Shown: positions 8,741 to 16,522, counted from the stretch's first letter. The stretch is 32,000 nucleotides of DNA from Candidatus Saccharimonadota bacterium (GCA_049942965.1 CP188088.1:210001-242000), one strand, 5' to 3'. Program-made: numbers and translations. The notes: a model not told the origin generated them from the sequence alone.

Positions 8741-9136
8741 TTATCCTTTTATAGCAGTAGACATGTCTTTGATTTGAGCATTTAAAATAGATAATAAAAT
8801 TTGATATTGGATAGCATTCTCTGCAAATTTTATTCTTTCTTGATTCATATCTACTGTGTTGTTGTTTGATTTATTTATATTTTTAGATGAAGTATTTATT
8901 TTTAAGTATGGAATTATGTTTTTATAAAAGTTTTTGTTAGATTTTGTTGTTAAAGCATCAAACTTTTTTTTATGATTCTTAATGTTTTTCATAGTTTCAT
9001 TAAAATCAATATCTTTTGATTTATAATTAGCAGTTTCTGAATTAGCAATATTTGTTGCTAACATTTCTTGTCTTAATGCTCTTATTGTTAAAGCTATTTC
9101 ACTCATTTGAAAAAAATTTTGAATTTGAGGAAGCAT
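8741..9136 (-). CDS. flgB: Flagellar proximal rod protein FlgB (start moved to the internal ATG)
   Basis: The ORF track starts at GTG 9148. ATG 9136 gives MLPQIQNFFQMSEIALTIRALRQEMLATNIAN, which aligns without gaps to E. coli [32 protein letters not shown]. An AGGTG Shine-Dalgarno at 9150-9146 lies about 9 nt upstream of that ATG. Confidence 0.9.
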   Translation of the reverse strand: MLPQIQNFFQMSEIALTIRALRQEMLATNIANSETANYKSKDIDFNETMKNIKNHKKKFDALTTKSNKNFYKNIIPYLKINTSSKNINKSNNNTVDMNQERIKFAENAIQYQILLSILNAQIKDMSTAIKG

Positions 9137-9160
9137 TTTTTGAATCACCTCAATTAAGAA

Positions 9161-9191
9161 AATATTTAATTAAATATTAATATATTAATAT
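9161..9191. repeat. Two overlapping perfect 18-bp A/T palindromes in the flgB/flgA divergent control region
   Basis: AATATTTAATTAAATATT (9161-9178) and ATATTAATATATTAATAT (9174-9191). Both were verified as self-complementary by hand. Confidence 0.85.
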
Positions 9192-9272
9192 GAATGGATA
9201 GTATCTATCAATACCAGGTTGAAATTTATTTTTTCAGAAAAAAAATTAAACAATATTTCGAGGCAAGTTAAT

Positions 9273-9995
9273 ATGAAAAATATTTTATTTTTTGTTTTCT
9301 TTTTTTCTTTTTTTTTATGTGATGTTCAAGCTAAAATAGATAGTAAAAAAAATGATAGTCATATAAATTTTTGTGAGAAAAAAAATAATTTTTATAAGAA
9401 AATTATTTCTTTTTTTAAGAAAAGAAATGTTCTTAATAACAATCCTACTTCAGTAAAAATTAAAAATTTTTCTAGAATTAGAAATTTTTGTAATTTTCCT
9501 AAAGTTATTTTATATCCTAATTCTCCAATTTTAGGAAATATAACTGCAAGAGTTTTTTGTAATAATACTTATCAAAATATTTTTGTTAAAGTAAGTTCAA
9601 AAGGAAGATATATAGTATCAAATTCAAGAATTAGATTAGGTAAAAAAATTTCAAAATCAGATTTAACCACTAAAATTGGAACGTTAGAAAATTTACCATC
9701 AGATGTTTGTTTTAAAAACGATCAGGTATTAGATAAAATTAGTTCTAAAAATATTTCTATAGGAGAACCAATTACATTATCAATGGTTAGAAAGTCATGG
9801 AAAGTATATTTCAACCAATCTGTTTCAGTGATCTTTTTAGGTGAAAATTTTGTAATTATTACTAAGGGAAAAGCATTAAAAAATGCTCATGAAAAAGATA
9901 TCATTAACGTTTCTATTGGAACTAATAGTAGTAAAACTATTATAGAAGGAGTTGTAAATGATGCAGGGGAAGTTGTTTTTTTAAGAGATGTTTAA
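9273..9995 (+). CDS. flgA: P-ring assembly chaperone FlgA (start moved to ATG 9273)
   Basis: It is divergent from flgB, as in enterics. ATG 9273 is preceded by GAGG and gives a signal peptide (MKNILFFVFFFSFFLCDVQA). The C-terminal half (EPITLSMVRKSWKVYFNQSVSVIF...GKALKNAHEKDIINV...IEGVVNDAGEVVFL) follows the E. coli FlgA pattern (PIQLTQFRQAWRVKAGQRVNVIA...GQALNNAAVAQNARVRM...VSGVVDADGNILINL). The TTG 9219 start in the track is less likely. Confidence 0.75.
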   Translation: MKNILFFVFFFSFFLCDVQAKIDSKKNDSHINFCEKKNNFYKKIISFFKKRNVLNNNPTSVKIKNFSRIRNFCNFPKVILYPNSPILGNITARVFCNNTYQNIFVKVSSKGRYIVSNSRIRLGKKISKSDLTTKIGTLENLPSDVCFKNDQVLDKISSKNISIGEPITLSMVRKSWKVYFNQSVSVIFLGENFVIITKGKALKNAHEKDIINVSIGTNSSKTIIEGVVNDAGEVVFLRDV

Positions 9996-10058
9996 TTATT
10001 TCAAAAATCTATATTTGTATAACAAGAATCTGATTTTTATTATTACCAGTATTATTTT

Positions 10059-10143
10059 TGGAGGGGGAGGGATTCGAACTCTCGGATGATTTCTCATCGG
10101 CGGTTTTCAAGACCGCTGCTTTAAACCACTCAGCCACCCCTCC
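10059..10143 (-). tRNA. serT: tRNA-Ser (anticodon UGA), long variable arm, no encoded CCA
   Basis: The reverse complement reads GGAGGGGTGGCTGAGTGGTTTAAAGCAGCGGTCTTGAAAACCGCCGATGAGAAATCATCCGAGAGTTCGAATCCCTCCCCCTCC+A. It is nearly colinear with E. coli tRNA-Ser(UGA). The acceptor stem is GGAGGGG/CCCCTCC and the anticodon loop is CU-UGA-AA. The 3' flank is AAAAA rather than CCA. The T-stem has one A-C mismatch. Confidence 0.9.
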
Positions 10144-10252
10144 ATTTTTTTAAATTTAATTAAAAATTAAAGTTTATTATATCATCTAAAATTTAAAAAA
10201 CAAAGAATTTGTTTTTTTTTGTATATTTTTTAAAATATATAAGATGTTTATC

Positions 10253-10281
10253 TTGATAAATAACTGATTTTTATTTATTAT
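10253..10281 (+). promoter_or_regulatory. Candidate sigma70 promoter for cysT-leuZ
   Basis: TTGATA (10253-10258), a 17-bp spacer, then TATTAT (10276-10281). This puts the predicted start a few nt before the mature tRNA-Cys 5' end (10291). -10-like hexamers are abundant in this AT-rich DNA, so confidence is low. Confidence 0.3.
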
Positions 10282-10290
10282 TGACTTAAA

Positions 10291-10361
10291 GACGCGTTGG
10301 CAGATTGGTTATGCATCGGATTGCAAATCCGAACAACTCGGTTCGATTCCGGGATGCGTCT
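10291..10361 (+). tRNA. cysT: tRNA-Cys (anticodon GCA), no encoded CCA
   Basis: GACGCGTTGGCAGATTGGTTATGCATCGGATTGCAAATCCGAACAACTCGGTTCGATTCCGGGATGCGTC+T resembles E. coli cysT. The acceptor stem is GACGCGT/ATGCGTC and the anticodon stem-loop is TCGGA-TTGCAAA-TCCGA. The 3' flank is TA, not CCA. Confidence 0.9.
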
Positions 10362-10385
10362 TATAAAAATGTTAAGGAAAAAAAA

Positions 10386-10469
10386 GCCCGGATGGTGAAA
10401 TTGGTAGACACAAGGGACTTAAAATCCCTCGGCTTTTTAGCTTTGCGGGTTCAAGTCCCGCTCCGGGTA
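10386..10469 (+). tRNA. leuZ: tRNA-Leu (anticodon UAA), no encoded CCA
   Basis: GCCCGGATGGTGAAATTGGTAGACACAAGGGACTTAAAATCCCTCGGCTTTTTAGCTTTGCGGGTTCAAGTCCCGCTCCGGGT+A is close to E. coli leuZ. The cysT-leuZ adjacency is conserved. The 3' flank is TAAC, not CCA. Confidence 0.9.
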
Positions 10470-10490
10470 TAACATAATTTTAAATTAAAA

Positions 10491-11525
10491 TTAGAATATA
10501 GGTTTCATTACTTTATAAACTGTATATCTTTTGTTATTTTTTAAAATTTTAATATATCTAAAATGTTTATTTAGGATTTTTTTATAAGATAAGCAAGACA
10601 AAGAAACAAATCGAAGTTCTCCATTTTTATTTAAATAATTTGAAGACATTTTTATTATTTTATTTATTATGTTTACTGTTATTTTTTCATTATTTTCGTG
10701 AATTGGAGGATTAGATATAATAAAGTCAAATTTTTCTTTGATATTGGAAAATAAATCACTTTCAAAAATTTTTGCTGTCATTTTGTTGATTTTAAAATTT
10801 TCCATACTAGATATTATTGCATGATATTCTGAATCTATTAGAGTAAGTGAAATTTTATCTTTACAAATCTTAGATAGAATCAAACTTAAAACTCCTGATC
10901 CACATCCTAAATCTAATACTTTTCCTTTTATGTTTTTAGAAAATGTAGATGCTAGCAAATTTGTTCCATCGTCTATTCCAGAATAGTCGAAAATCCCTGG
11001 TAAACTTTTTATTTTTAAGTTATTTACATAATATGTTTTAAAGAAATCTTTTAAAGAAAATTGAATATCTGTTATTTTTGTAATATAACCACTGAAACAA
11101 GAACAACTTTTAACTGAATCAATTTTTTTTAAAATTATCCATTTTTTTAATAAATGGACACAACTTTTTACTCCAAATGAATTTTTTCCAAAAATGAATA
11201 CTTTTGTATTATTTTTAAAGTGTGAAAAAAAGAAATGTAATTGGAACAATGCTTCTTTTTTATTTCTAGGCCATAAATATACAAAAAAATTACTTTTTAA
11301 AAAAATTTTTTTGTTGTAAATTAAACCAAATTGAGTTTTTTCTATAAGATTTAATTTTATAAAAAAATTGAATTTTGTAGTAAATATATTAACTTGCTTA
11401 AAATTTAAACCATTAATAATGCTAGGTTGAATATTTCCAGATAAAATTGTTTTTTCATTAATAAAATTATTGATTTGTCTAAAAAAAATTTTTTTTTCTC
11501 TATTTTCTTTATCTTTAAATTTCAT
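10491..11525 (-). CDS. rsmC: 16S rRNA (guanine1207-N2)-methyltransferase RsmC
   Basis: 344 aa (E. coli 343). YLWPRNKKEALFQL, KSLPGIFDYSGIDDGTNLL, GKVLDLGCGSGVLS, FDFIISNPPIH and NGELRFVS align with E. coli YYWPKNKPEAQFQL, KTLPGVFSRDGLDVGSQLL, GKVLDVGCGAGVLS, FDMIISNPPFH and GGELRIVA. Confidence 0.82.
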   Translation of the reverse strand: MKFKDKENREKKIFFRQINNFINEKTILSGNIQPSIINGLNFKQVNIFTTKFNFFIKLNLIEKTQFGLIYNKKIFLKSNFFVYLWPRNKKEALFQLHFFFSHFKNNTKVFIFGKNSFGVKSCVHLLKKWIILKKIDSVKSCSCFSGYITKITDIQFSLKDFFKTYYVNNLKIKSLPGIFDYSGIDDGTNLLASTFSKNIKGKVLDLGCGSGVLSLILSKICKDKISLTLIDSEYHAIISSMENFKINKMTAKIFESDLFSNIKEKFDFIISNPPIHENNEKITVNIINKIIKMSSNYLNKNGELRFVSLSCLSYKKILNKHFRYIKILKNNKRYTVYKVMKPIF

Positions 11526-11616
11526 TTCTGTTTTTTTTGGATAAAAAATAATAATTTTAATAAATATATTGTAATTTAAAAAAAAAAAATAGCATTATTT
11601 GTAATACGGTAAAAAA

Positions 11617-12315
11617 ATGAAAAATGTTCCAATCAAAATTCAAGGAAATGTTTTTACTTTAATGGTACTTTACTTACTAAATGACAGTACAGAAATTGTA
11701 AAAAACGCATTGAAAAAAAAAATAAATTTATCACCTTCTTTTTTTAAAGAAGCTCCTATTGCTATAAATATTTCTAATTTATCAAAAAATGTTAATTTAA
11801 AAAAAATGATTTCAGGAATTGTTTCTGTTGGTTTATATGTAATAGGAATTACAGGATGTAAAGACCTATTTTTTAAAAAAGTTATTAAAAAATTAGGAAT
11901 TCCTATTCTTACAGAAAAAAATAAAGTTTTTTATTACAATCAATCATTTTTAAAAGAAAATAAAACTTCTAAATTAATTGAGTCGAAAAAGAGTTATATA
12001 GTTGATACCCCTGTTAGATCTGGTCAAACTATATATGCAAAATCTTCAGATCTAATTGTAGCTAATAATGTTAATCCTGGTGCTGAATTAATAGCAGATG
12101 GAAACGTTCATATATATGGTTTTATGAAAGGTAGGGTTTTAGCAGGAGCGCAAGGCAATAAAGATAGTCAAATTTTTTGTACAAAATTATTTTCAGAATT
12201 AGTTTCAATTGCAGGGGAATATGTTTTATTAGATGAAATTAAAAAAAAAATATTAGGAAAAACTGTTAGAATTTTTTTAAAAAATGATAAATTAAAAATT
12301 AATCTTTTAGATTAA
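11617..12315 (+). CDS. minC: Septum site-determining protein MinC
   Basis: 232 aa (E. coli 231). It lies immediately upstream of minD-minE. The C-terminal beta-helix block is VRSGQTIYAKSSDLIVANNVNPGAELIADGNVHIYGFMKGRVLAGAQGNKDSQIFC. Confidence 0.87.
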   Translation: MKNVPIKIQGNVFTLMVLYLLNDSTEIVKNALKKKINLSPSFFKEAPIAINISNLSKNVNLKKMISGIVSVGLYVIGITGCKDLFFKKVIKKLGIPILTEKNKVFYYNQSFLKENKTSKLIESKKSYIVDTPVRSGQTIYAKSSDLIVANNVNPGAELIADGNVHIYGFMKGRVLAGAQGNKDSQIFCTKLFSELVSIAGEYVLLDEIKKKILGKTVRIFLKNDKLKINLLD

Positions 12316-12334
12316 AAATTTATTAGGATAAAAA

Positions 12335-13147
12335 ATGAGCAAAATTATTGTTGTTACTTCAGGAAAAGGTGGAGTAGGTAAAACGACAACTAGTGCAGCG
12401 ATATCTACTGGATTAGCCTTGCAAGGAAAAAAAACAGTTGTTATAGATTTTGACATTGGATTGAGGAATTTAGATTTAATAATGGGATGTGAAAGAAGAG
12501 TTGTTTATGATTTCATTAATGTAATTCAAGGAGATGCGAAATTAAATCAAGCATTAATAAGAGACAAAAACAATGAAAATTTATTTATTTTACCAGCCTC
12601 GCAAACTAAATCTAAAGATTCTTTAACTAAAGAAGGAGTAAAAAAAATAATTTATGAATTAATTGAAATGGATTTTAATTTTATTGTTTGTGATTCTCCT
12701 GCTGGAATAGATAACGGTGCAATTTTATCTATGTATTTTTCTGATATAGCAATTTTAGTGACTAATCCAGAAATATCATCTGTTCGTGACTCTGATAGAG
12801 TATTAGGGATTTTATCTTCTAAATCATATAGATCAGAAAAAAATCTAAATCCAATCAAAGAATATTTGTTAATAACTAGATATGAAATTACTAGAGTTGA
12901 AACAGGTGAAATGTTAAGTGTTGAAGATATTTCAGAGATATTAAAAGTACCACTTATAGGAGTCGTTCCTGAAGATTTTAATGTTTTAAATTCTTCTAAT
13001 CAAGGTGTTTCAGTTATTTTAAATCCTATTTCTAAAGCAGGAAACGCATATTTTGATGTTGTAAATAGAATAATTGGGAAAAATGTACCATTTAGATTTA
13101 TTAAAAAGGAAAAAAAAAGCTTTTTTCAACGTTTATTTTGGAGATAA
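12335..13147 (+). CDS. minD: Septum site-determining ATPase MinD
   Basis: 270 aa, the same as E. coli. It has the deviant Walker A motif VVTSGKGGVGKTTTSAAI, IDFDIGLRNLDLIMGCERRVVYDF, and a C-terminal amphipathic membrane-targeting tail (KKSFFQRLFWR). Confidence 0.97.
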   Translation: MSKIIVVTSGKGGVGKTTTSAAISTGLALQGKKTVVIDFDIGLRNLDLIMGCERRVVYDFINVIQGDAKLNQALIRDKNNENLFILPASQTKSKDSLTKEGVKKIIYELIEMDFNFIVCDSPAGIDNGAILSMYFSDIAILVTNPEISSVRDSDRVLGILSSKSYRSEKNLNPIKEYLLITRYEITRVETGEMLSVEDISEILKVPLIGVVPEDFNVLNSSNQGVSVILNPISKAGNAYFDVVNRIIGKNVPFRFIKKEKKSFFQRLFWR

Positions 13148-13153
13148 TTTACA

Positions 13154-13420
13154 ATGTCTGTATTAGATTTATTTTTGTCTTTTAAAAAAAATAGTGCATT
13201 TATAGCAAAAAAAAGATTACAAATAATTGTATCAAATAATAAAAAAAATATAATTTTTGAACCAGATTATTTACCAAATTTAAAGAAAGAAATTTTATTA
13301 GTAATTTCAAAATATATAAAAATTAATAATCAAAAAATAATTTCTATAAAGTATAAAAAAGAAAAAAAATCAATCTCTCCTGTTGTTATTAAATTAGACA
13401 TAATTATTTCTGATAAATAA
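13154..13420 (+). CDS. minE: Cell division topological specificity factor MinE
   Basis: 88 aa, the same as E. coli. It starts 6 nt after minD. The N-terminal FLSFKKNSAFIAKKRLQIIV matches E. coli [21 protein letters not shown]. Confidence 0.87.
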   Translation: MSVLDLFLSFKKNSAFIAKKRLQIIVSNNKKNIIFEPDYLPNLKKEILLVISKYIKINNQKIISIKYKKEKKSISPVVIKLDIIISDK

Positions 13421-13501
13421 AATTATTTCAGTTAAAAATTTGTTAAATTTATATAAACAATATATTAAATTTTTTAATAAAAATAAAAATAAGTAAATAT
13501 T

Positions 13502-14164
13502 TTAAAACAAATAATTTACTTTTATATTTTTGATATTTTTAAAGTTATTTTTGTTTTTGTAAAAAAAATTGGCAAAGGGAATAATATCAATTGCATTAGG
13601 AACTGAAATTTTTATAAATTTTATTTTTTTATTTCTTTCAAAATTTTCTTTTTTAGACATGTTACCTATTATGGTCCATTCATTGTCTAAATTTAATTTT
13701 TTTATATCAAAATCACTATATCTTAATAATCGTTCTTTTTCTTGTAATTCAAAAATTCCATTTTTATTGTTTATTGAATATTTTCCTAAAAAAATTTTAT
13801 TTTTATTAAAATTCATAACAACTAATACTTTATTAAGTAAATGTAATCTTTTTGATTGTTCTGCTAAAATAGATATTGTAGAAACACTAATTAATGGAAT
13901 TTTTTTTATTATAGCAATACTTTTAGAAACACAAATACCTATTCTTATTCCTGTTAATTCACCAGGACCATGGGTTACTCCTATCAAATTTATTTCATCT
14001 AAATTAATTAGATTTCTTTTTAGTATTTTTTTAATCATTGGAAGAATTATTTTTGTTTGATTTTGTTTACATTTTTCAAACAAAGAATCAATACAATTAT
14101 CGACCAATAATGATACTGAACAGTAATTCAATGAAGTATCTAAAGATAAAATTATTTTTTTCAT
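13502..14164 (-). CDS. tsaB: tRNA t6A37 modification protein TsaB (YeaZ)
   Basis: ILSLDTS...CSVSL and GVTHGPGELTGIRIGICVSKSIA...PLISVSTISILA match E. coli ILAIDTATEACSVAL and [36 protein letters not shown]. The track start is TTG 14179. ATG 14164 (MKKIILSLD) is my preferred start, but this is unresolved. Confidence 0.8.
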   Translation of the reverse strand: MKKIILSLDTSLNYCSVSLLVDNCIDSLFEKCKQNQTKIILPMIKKILKRNLINLDEINLIGVTHGPGELTGIRIGICVSKSIAIIKKIPLISVSTISILAEQSKRLHLLNKVLVVMNFNKNKIFLGKYSINNKNGIFELQEKERLLRYSDFDIKKLNLDNEWTIIGNMSKKENFERNKKIKFIKISVPNAIDIIPFANFFYKNKNNFKNIKNIKVNYLF

Positions 14165-14180
14165 TTTTTTAAAGATCAAA

Positions 14181-14212
14181 ATTAGTTTTATTCCTAATTA
14201 GTTTTATTCCTA
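14181..14212. repeat. Perfect tandem duplication, 16 bp x 2
   Basis: ATTAGTTTTATTCCTA occurs at 14181-14196 and again at 14197-14212, between the yoaE stop and the tsaB start. The minus-strand reading TAGGAATAAAACTAAT contains an SD-like AGGAA. Confidence 0.95.
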
Positions 14213-14247
14213 TTTGTTTAAAAAAATTGATTTTTTTAGAATTTAAA

Positions 14248-15810
14248 TTAAATTATTTTTTTTATTCTTACTAAATTTATTCTATATTCTGTAACTTCTA
14301 AAATGTGAAATTGTAATGGTGGAATTTCAATAATTTCTCCAGGAATTGGTAATTGTCCTTTATGAGATATTAAAAAACCATTTAACGATGCATAATTTTC
14401 TTCTTGAATTAAATTTTCTGTGTTTAATAGCTGTTGTATAGAATGTAAATCTGTTCTACCTTTAACTAACCAACTACCATCTCTTTCAAAAATTATTTCC
14501 GGAGTTTCGTCGGCATCTGGAAATTCTCCAGCAATTGCTTCTAATACATCTAATGGAGTTATCAAACCTTGAATGACTCCAAACTCATTGCTTACAATTA
14601 CTAAGCTACCTCTAGAATTTTTTAAAACTCCTAATAATTTTATGGTATCCAATGTATCAGGAATAATTATTGGAGGTGTTTTAGAAGAGAAAATGTTTAT
14701 ATCATCATTTTTTTCTAGAATCATTAATAATTCTTTAGCTCGTACAATTCCAACTATTTCATCCAATTCACCTCTACAAACTGGAAACAAACTATGAGGA
14801 GTGTCTAATAGTTGATTTCTAATTTCTTTATTACTGTTTTCTAAATTAACCCAAGAAATTTCAGATCTTGGAGTCATAATACTACGAATGGATCGTAAAG
14901 CTAATGTTAAAACTCCATTTATCATATATTTTTCTTCATCTTTGAAAGTTTTATATATTGATTCGGAGTATTTTTTTTTTTTATTTCCTATAATGTTAGG
15001 AAATTTGATTATTTCTTGATTATTTTTATTTTTTTCTCCTAACATTAATCTAAGAATAGATTCTGTAACTCTTTGTCTAATAGGACGTTTAGATTGATAT
15101 TTAACTATTTTGTTTTTAGAAATTTGATTAAATAATTCAATTAAAACAGAAAAACTAATAGCAGTATATAAATATCCTTTTGGAATAAAAAAACCTATTG
15201 ATTCTGCAATTAATGATATTCCAATCATTAATAAAAAACTTAAACATAATACTACTACTGAAGGGTGAAAATTCATAAACACAGTTAATTGCTTAGAAGC
15301 CAATAACATGAAAAACATAGCTATTATAACTGCTGAAATCATTATTGGTAACGAATTTACCATACCCACAGCTGTAATCACAGAATCTAATGAAAATATG
15401 GCGTCTAATACAACGATTTGTAAAATAACAATCCAGAAATTTGAGTAATTTTTGCTCTTTAAAGGTTTGCTTTTTTGATATTCTAATCTTTCATGTAATT
15501 CAATAGTTGATTTGAATAATAAAAACGTACCTCCAAATAACAAAATAAGATCTCTTCCTGATAAATTAAAAAATTTGTTTTGGATTATTGGATGAGTTAA
15601 CGTAATTATCCAAGATATCAAAAATAATAACATCAGACGTATTAAAAGCGCTAAACTTAATCCAATAATTCTAGCTTTATCTCTATCTATTGGTGACAGT
15701 TTGTCTATTAAAACAGAAATAAATACTAAATTATCAATACTTAAAACTATTTCTAAAATAATTAATGTAAATAGGGGTATCCAAGTAGAAGTTTTAAAAA
15801 AAAAATCCAT
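14248..15810 (-). CDS. yoaE: TerC-family membrane protein with CBS and CorC/HlyC domains (YoaE)
   Basis: 520 aa (E. coli YoaE 518). The N-terminal half is multi-pass hydrophobic with repeated LS(I/L)DN(L/V)VF-type TerC motifs (EIVLSIDNLVFISV, LDAIFSLDSVITAVG). The C-terminal half has a CBS pair (IMTPRSEISWV, ITPLDVLEAIAGEF) and a transporter-associated domain. It neighbours tsaB and cspC. Confidence 0.85.
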   Translation of the reverse strand: MDFFFKTSTWIPLFTLIILEIVLSIDNLVFISVLIDKLSPIDRDKARIIGLSLALLIRLMLLFLISWIITLTHPIIQNKFFNLSGRDLILLFGGTFLLFKSTIELHERLEYQKSKPLKSKNYSNFWIVILQIVVLDAIFSLDSVITAVGMVNSLPIMISAVIIAMFFMLLASKQLTVFMNFHPSVVVLCLSFLLMIGISLIAESIGFFIPKGYLYTAISFSVLIELFNQISKNKIVKYQSKRPIRQRVTESILRLMLGEKNKNNQEIIKFPNIIGNKKKKYSESIYKTFKDEEKYMINGVLTLALRSIRSIMTPRSEISWVNLENSNKEIRNQLLDTPHSLFPVCRGELDEIVGIVRAKELLMILEKNDDINIFSSKTPPIIIPDTLDTIKLLGVLKNSRGSLVIVSNEFGVIQGLITPLDVLEAIAGEFPDADETPEIIFERDGSWLVKGRTDLHSIQQLLNTENLIQEENYASLNGFLISHKGQLPIPGEIIEIPPLQFHILEVTEYRINLVRIKKII

Positions 15811-16013
15811 TGAACTCTCTGTTATATAATTTTATTAATAAAATAGTTTGTTAATTTATAGTTTTTAATAAATAAAAAAATAATTAACTAGTTTTTTAGA
15901 AAATTCATTTACATATTTATCTTAAAATATTTTTTATAAAATTTTTAAATTATTAAAATAATTTAAAAAATAAAACCAAACATTATTTTTTTTTTGACTA
16001 ATTTAATACGTTT

Positions 16014-16043
16014 AAAAAAAATTATCATTTATAATTTTGATAA
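16014..16043 (-). terminator. Candidate intrinsic terminator of cspC
   Basis: On the minus strand, directly after the stop: TAA-T-TTATCA-AAATTATAAA-TGATAA-TTTTTTTT. This is a 6-bp stem (16043-16038 / 16027-22), a 10-nt loop and a T8 run (16021-16014). The stem is weak and mostly A-T. Confidence 0.4.
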
Positions 16044-16044
16044 A

Positions 16045-16254
16045 TTATATAGCAAGAACATTAATAGCAGATTGGCCTTTTTGACCATCTTGTATTTCAA
16101 ATTCTACATTTTGTCCTTCAGAAAGAGTTTTAAAACCACTACCTTGAATGGAAGAAAAATGGACAAAAACATCTTTTCCTCCATCAGAGGGAGTTATAAA
16201 ACCAAACCCTTTAGATTCATTGAACCATTTAACTTGACCCTTTGTTTTTTCCAT
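16045..16254 (-). CDS. cspC: Cold-shock-domain protein CspC
   Basis: 69 aa: [66 protein letters not shown]. It is nearest to E. coli CspC ([19 protein letters not shown]) rather than CspE. Confidence 0.95.
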   Translation of the reverse strand: MEKTKGQVKWFNESKGFGFITPSDGGKDVFVHFSSIQGSGFKTLSEGQNVEFEIQDGQKGQSAINVLAI

Positions 16255-16522
16255 AATATAAATTTCCTAATTCTCTAATAATAAGAATTAATAGATGTTT
16301 CTGAATAAACGATTTATTTTAAGTTCATTCCTTCAAGGAATGGTTTTGAAAATTTTTTTAATATTTAAAATATTAAAAAAATTTAATAAAATAAACAAAA
16401 AATTTTCAAAATTTATTTTGAATTTTATTTTTATTTTAATTGTATCATTATATAGATTTGATAAAAAAATACAAGTTAATAAATTTTTGTTGTTTTTTTA
16501 TTAAAAATAAATAAAAAAATTT

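Noticed and set aside
9219-9272. N-terminal extensions from non-ATG starts in the ORF track: TTG 9219 (flgA), GTG 9148 (flgB), TTG 14179 (tsaB) and GTG 25831 (trxB)
   Set aside because: Internal ATG codons give N-termini that align with the E. coli orthologs. For flgA and flgB these ATGs are preceded by SD-like motifs. tsaB remains ambiguous.
10168-10175. TAAAGTTT, matching the -35 half of the sigma28 flagellar promoter consensus
   Set aside because: There is no GCCGATAA-like -10 at the required spacing (the sequence there is TAAAATTT). It lies between tRNA genes, not upstream of a flagellar gene.
16295-16504. 69-aa ORF in the cspC-htpX spacer (MFLNKRFILSSFLQGMVLKIFLIFKILKKFNK...)
   Set aside because: Its composition simply reflects A/T-rich DNA (F/I/K/L/N). 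It has no SD and no motif. The region is better explained as the cspC promoter and leader.
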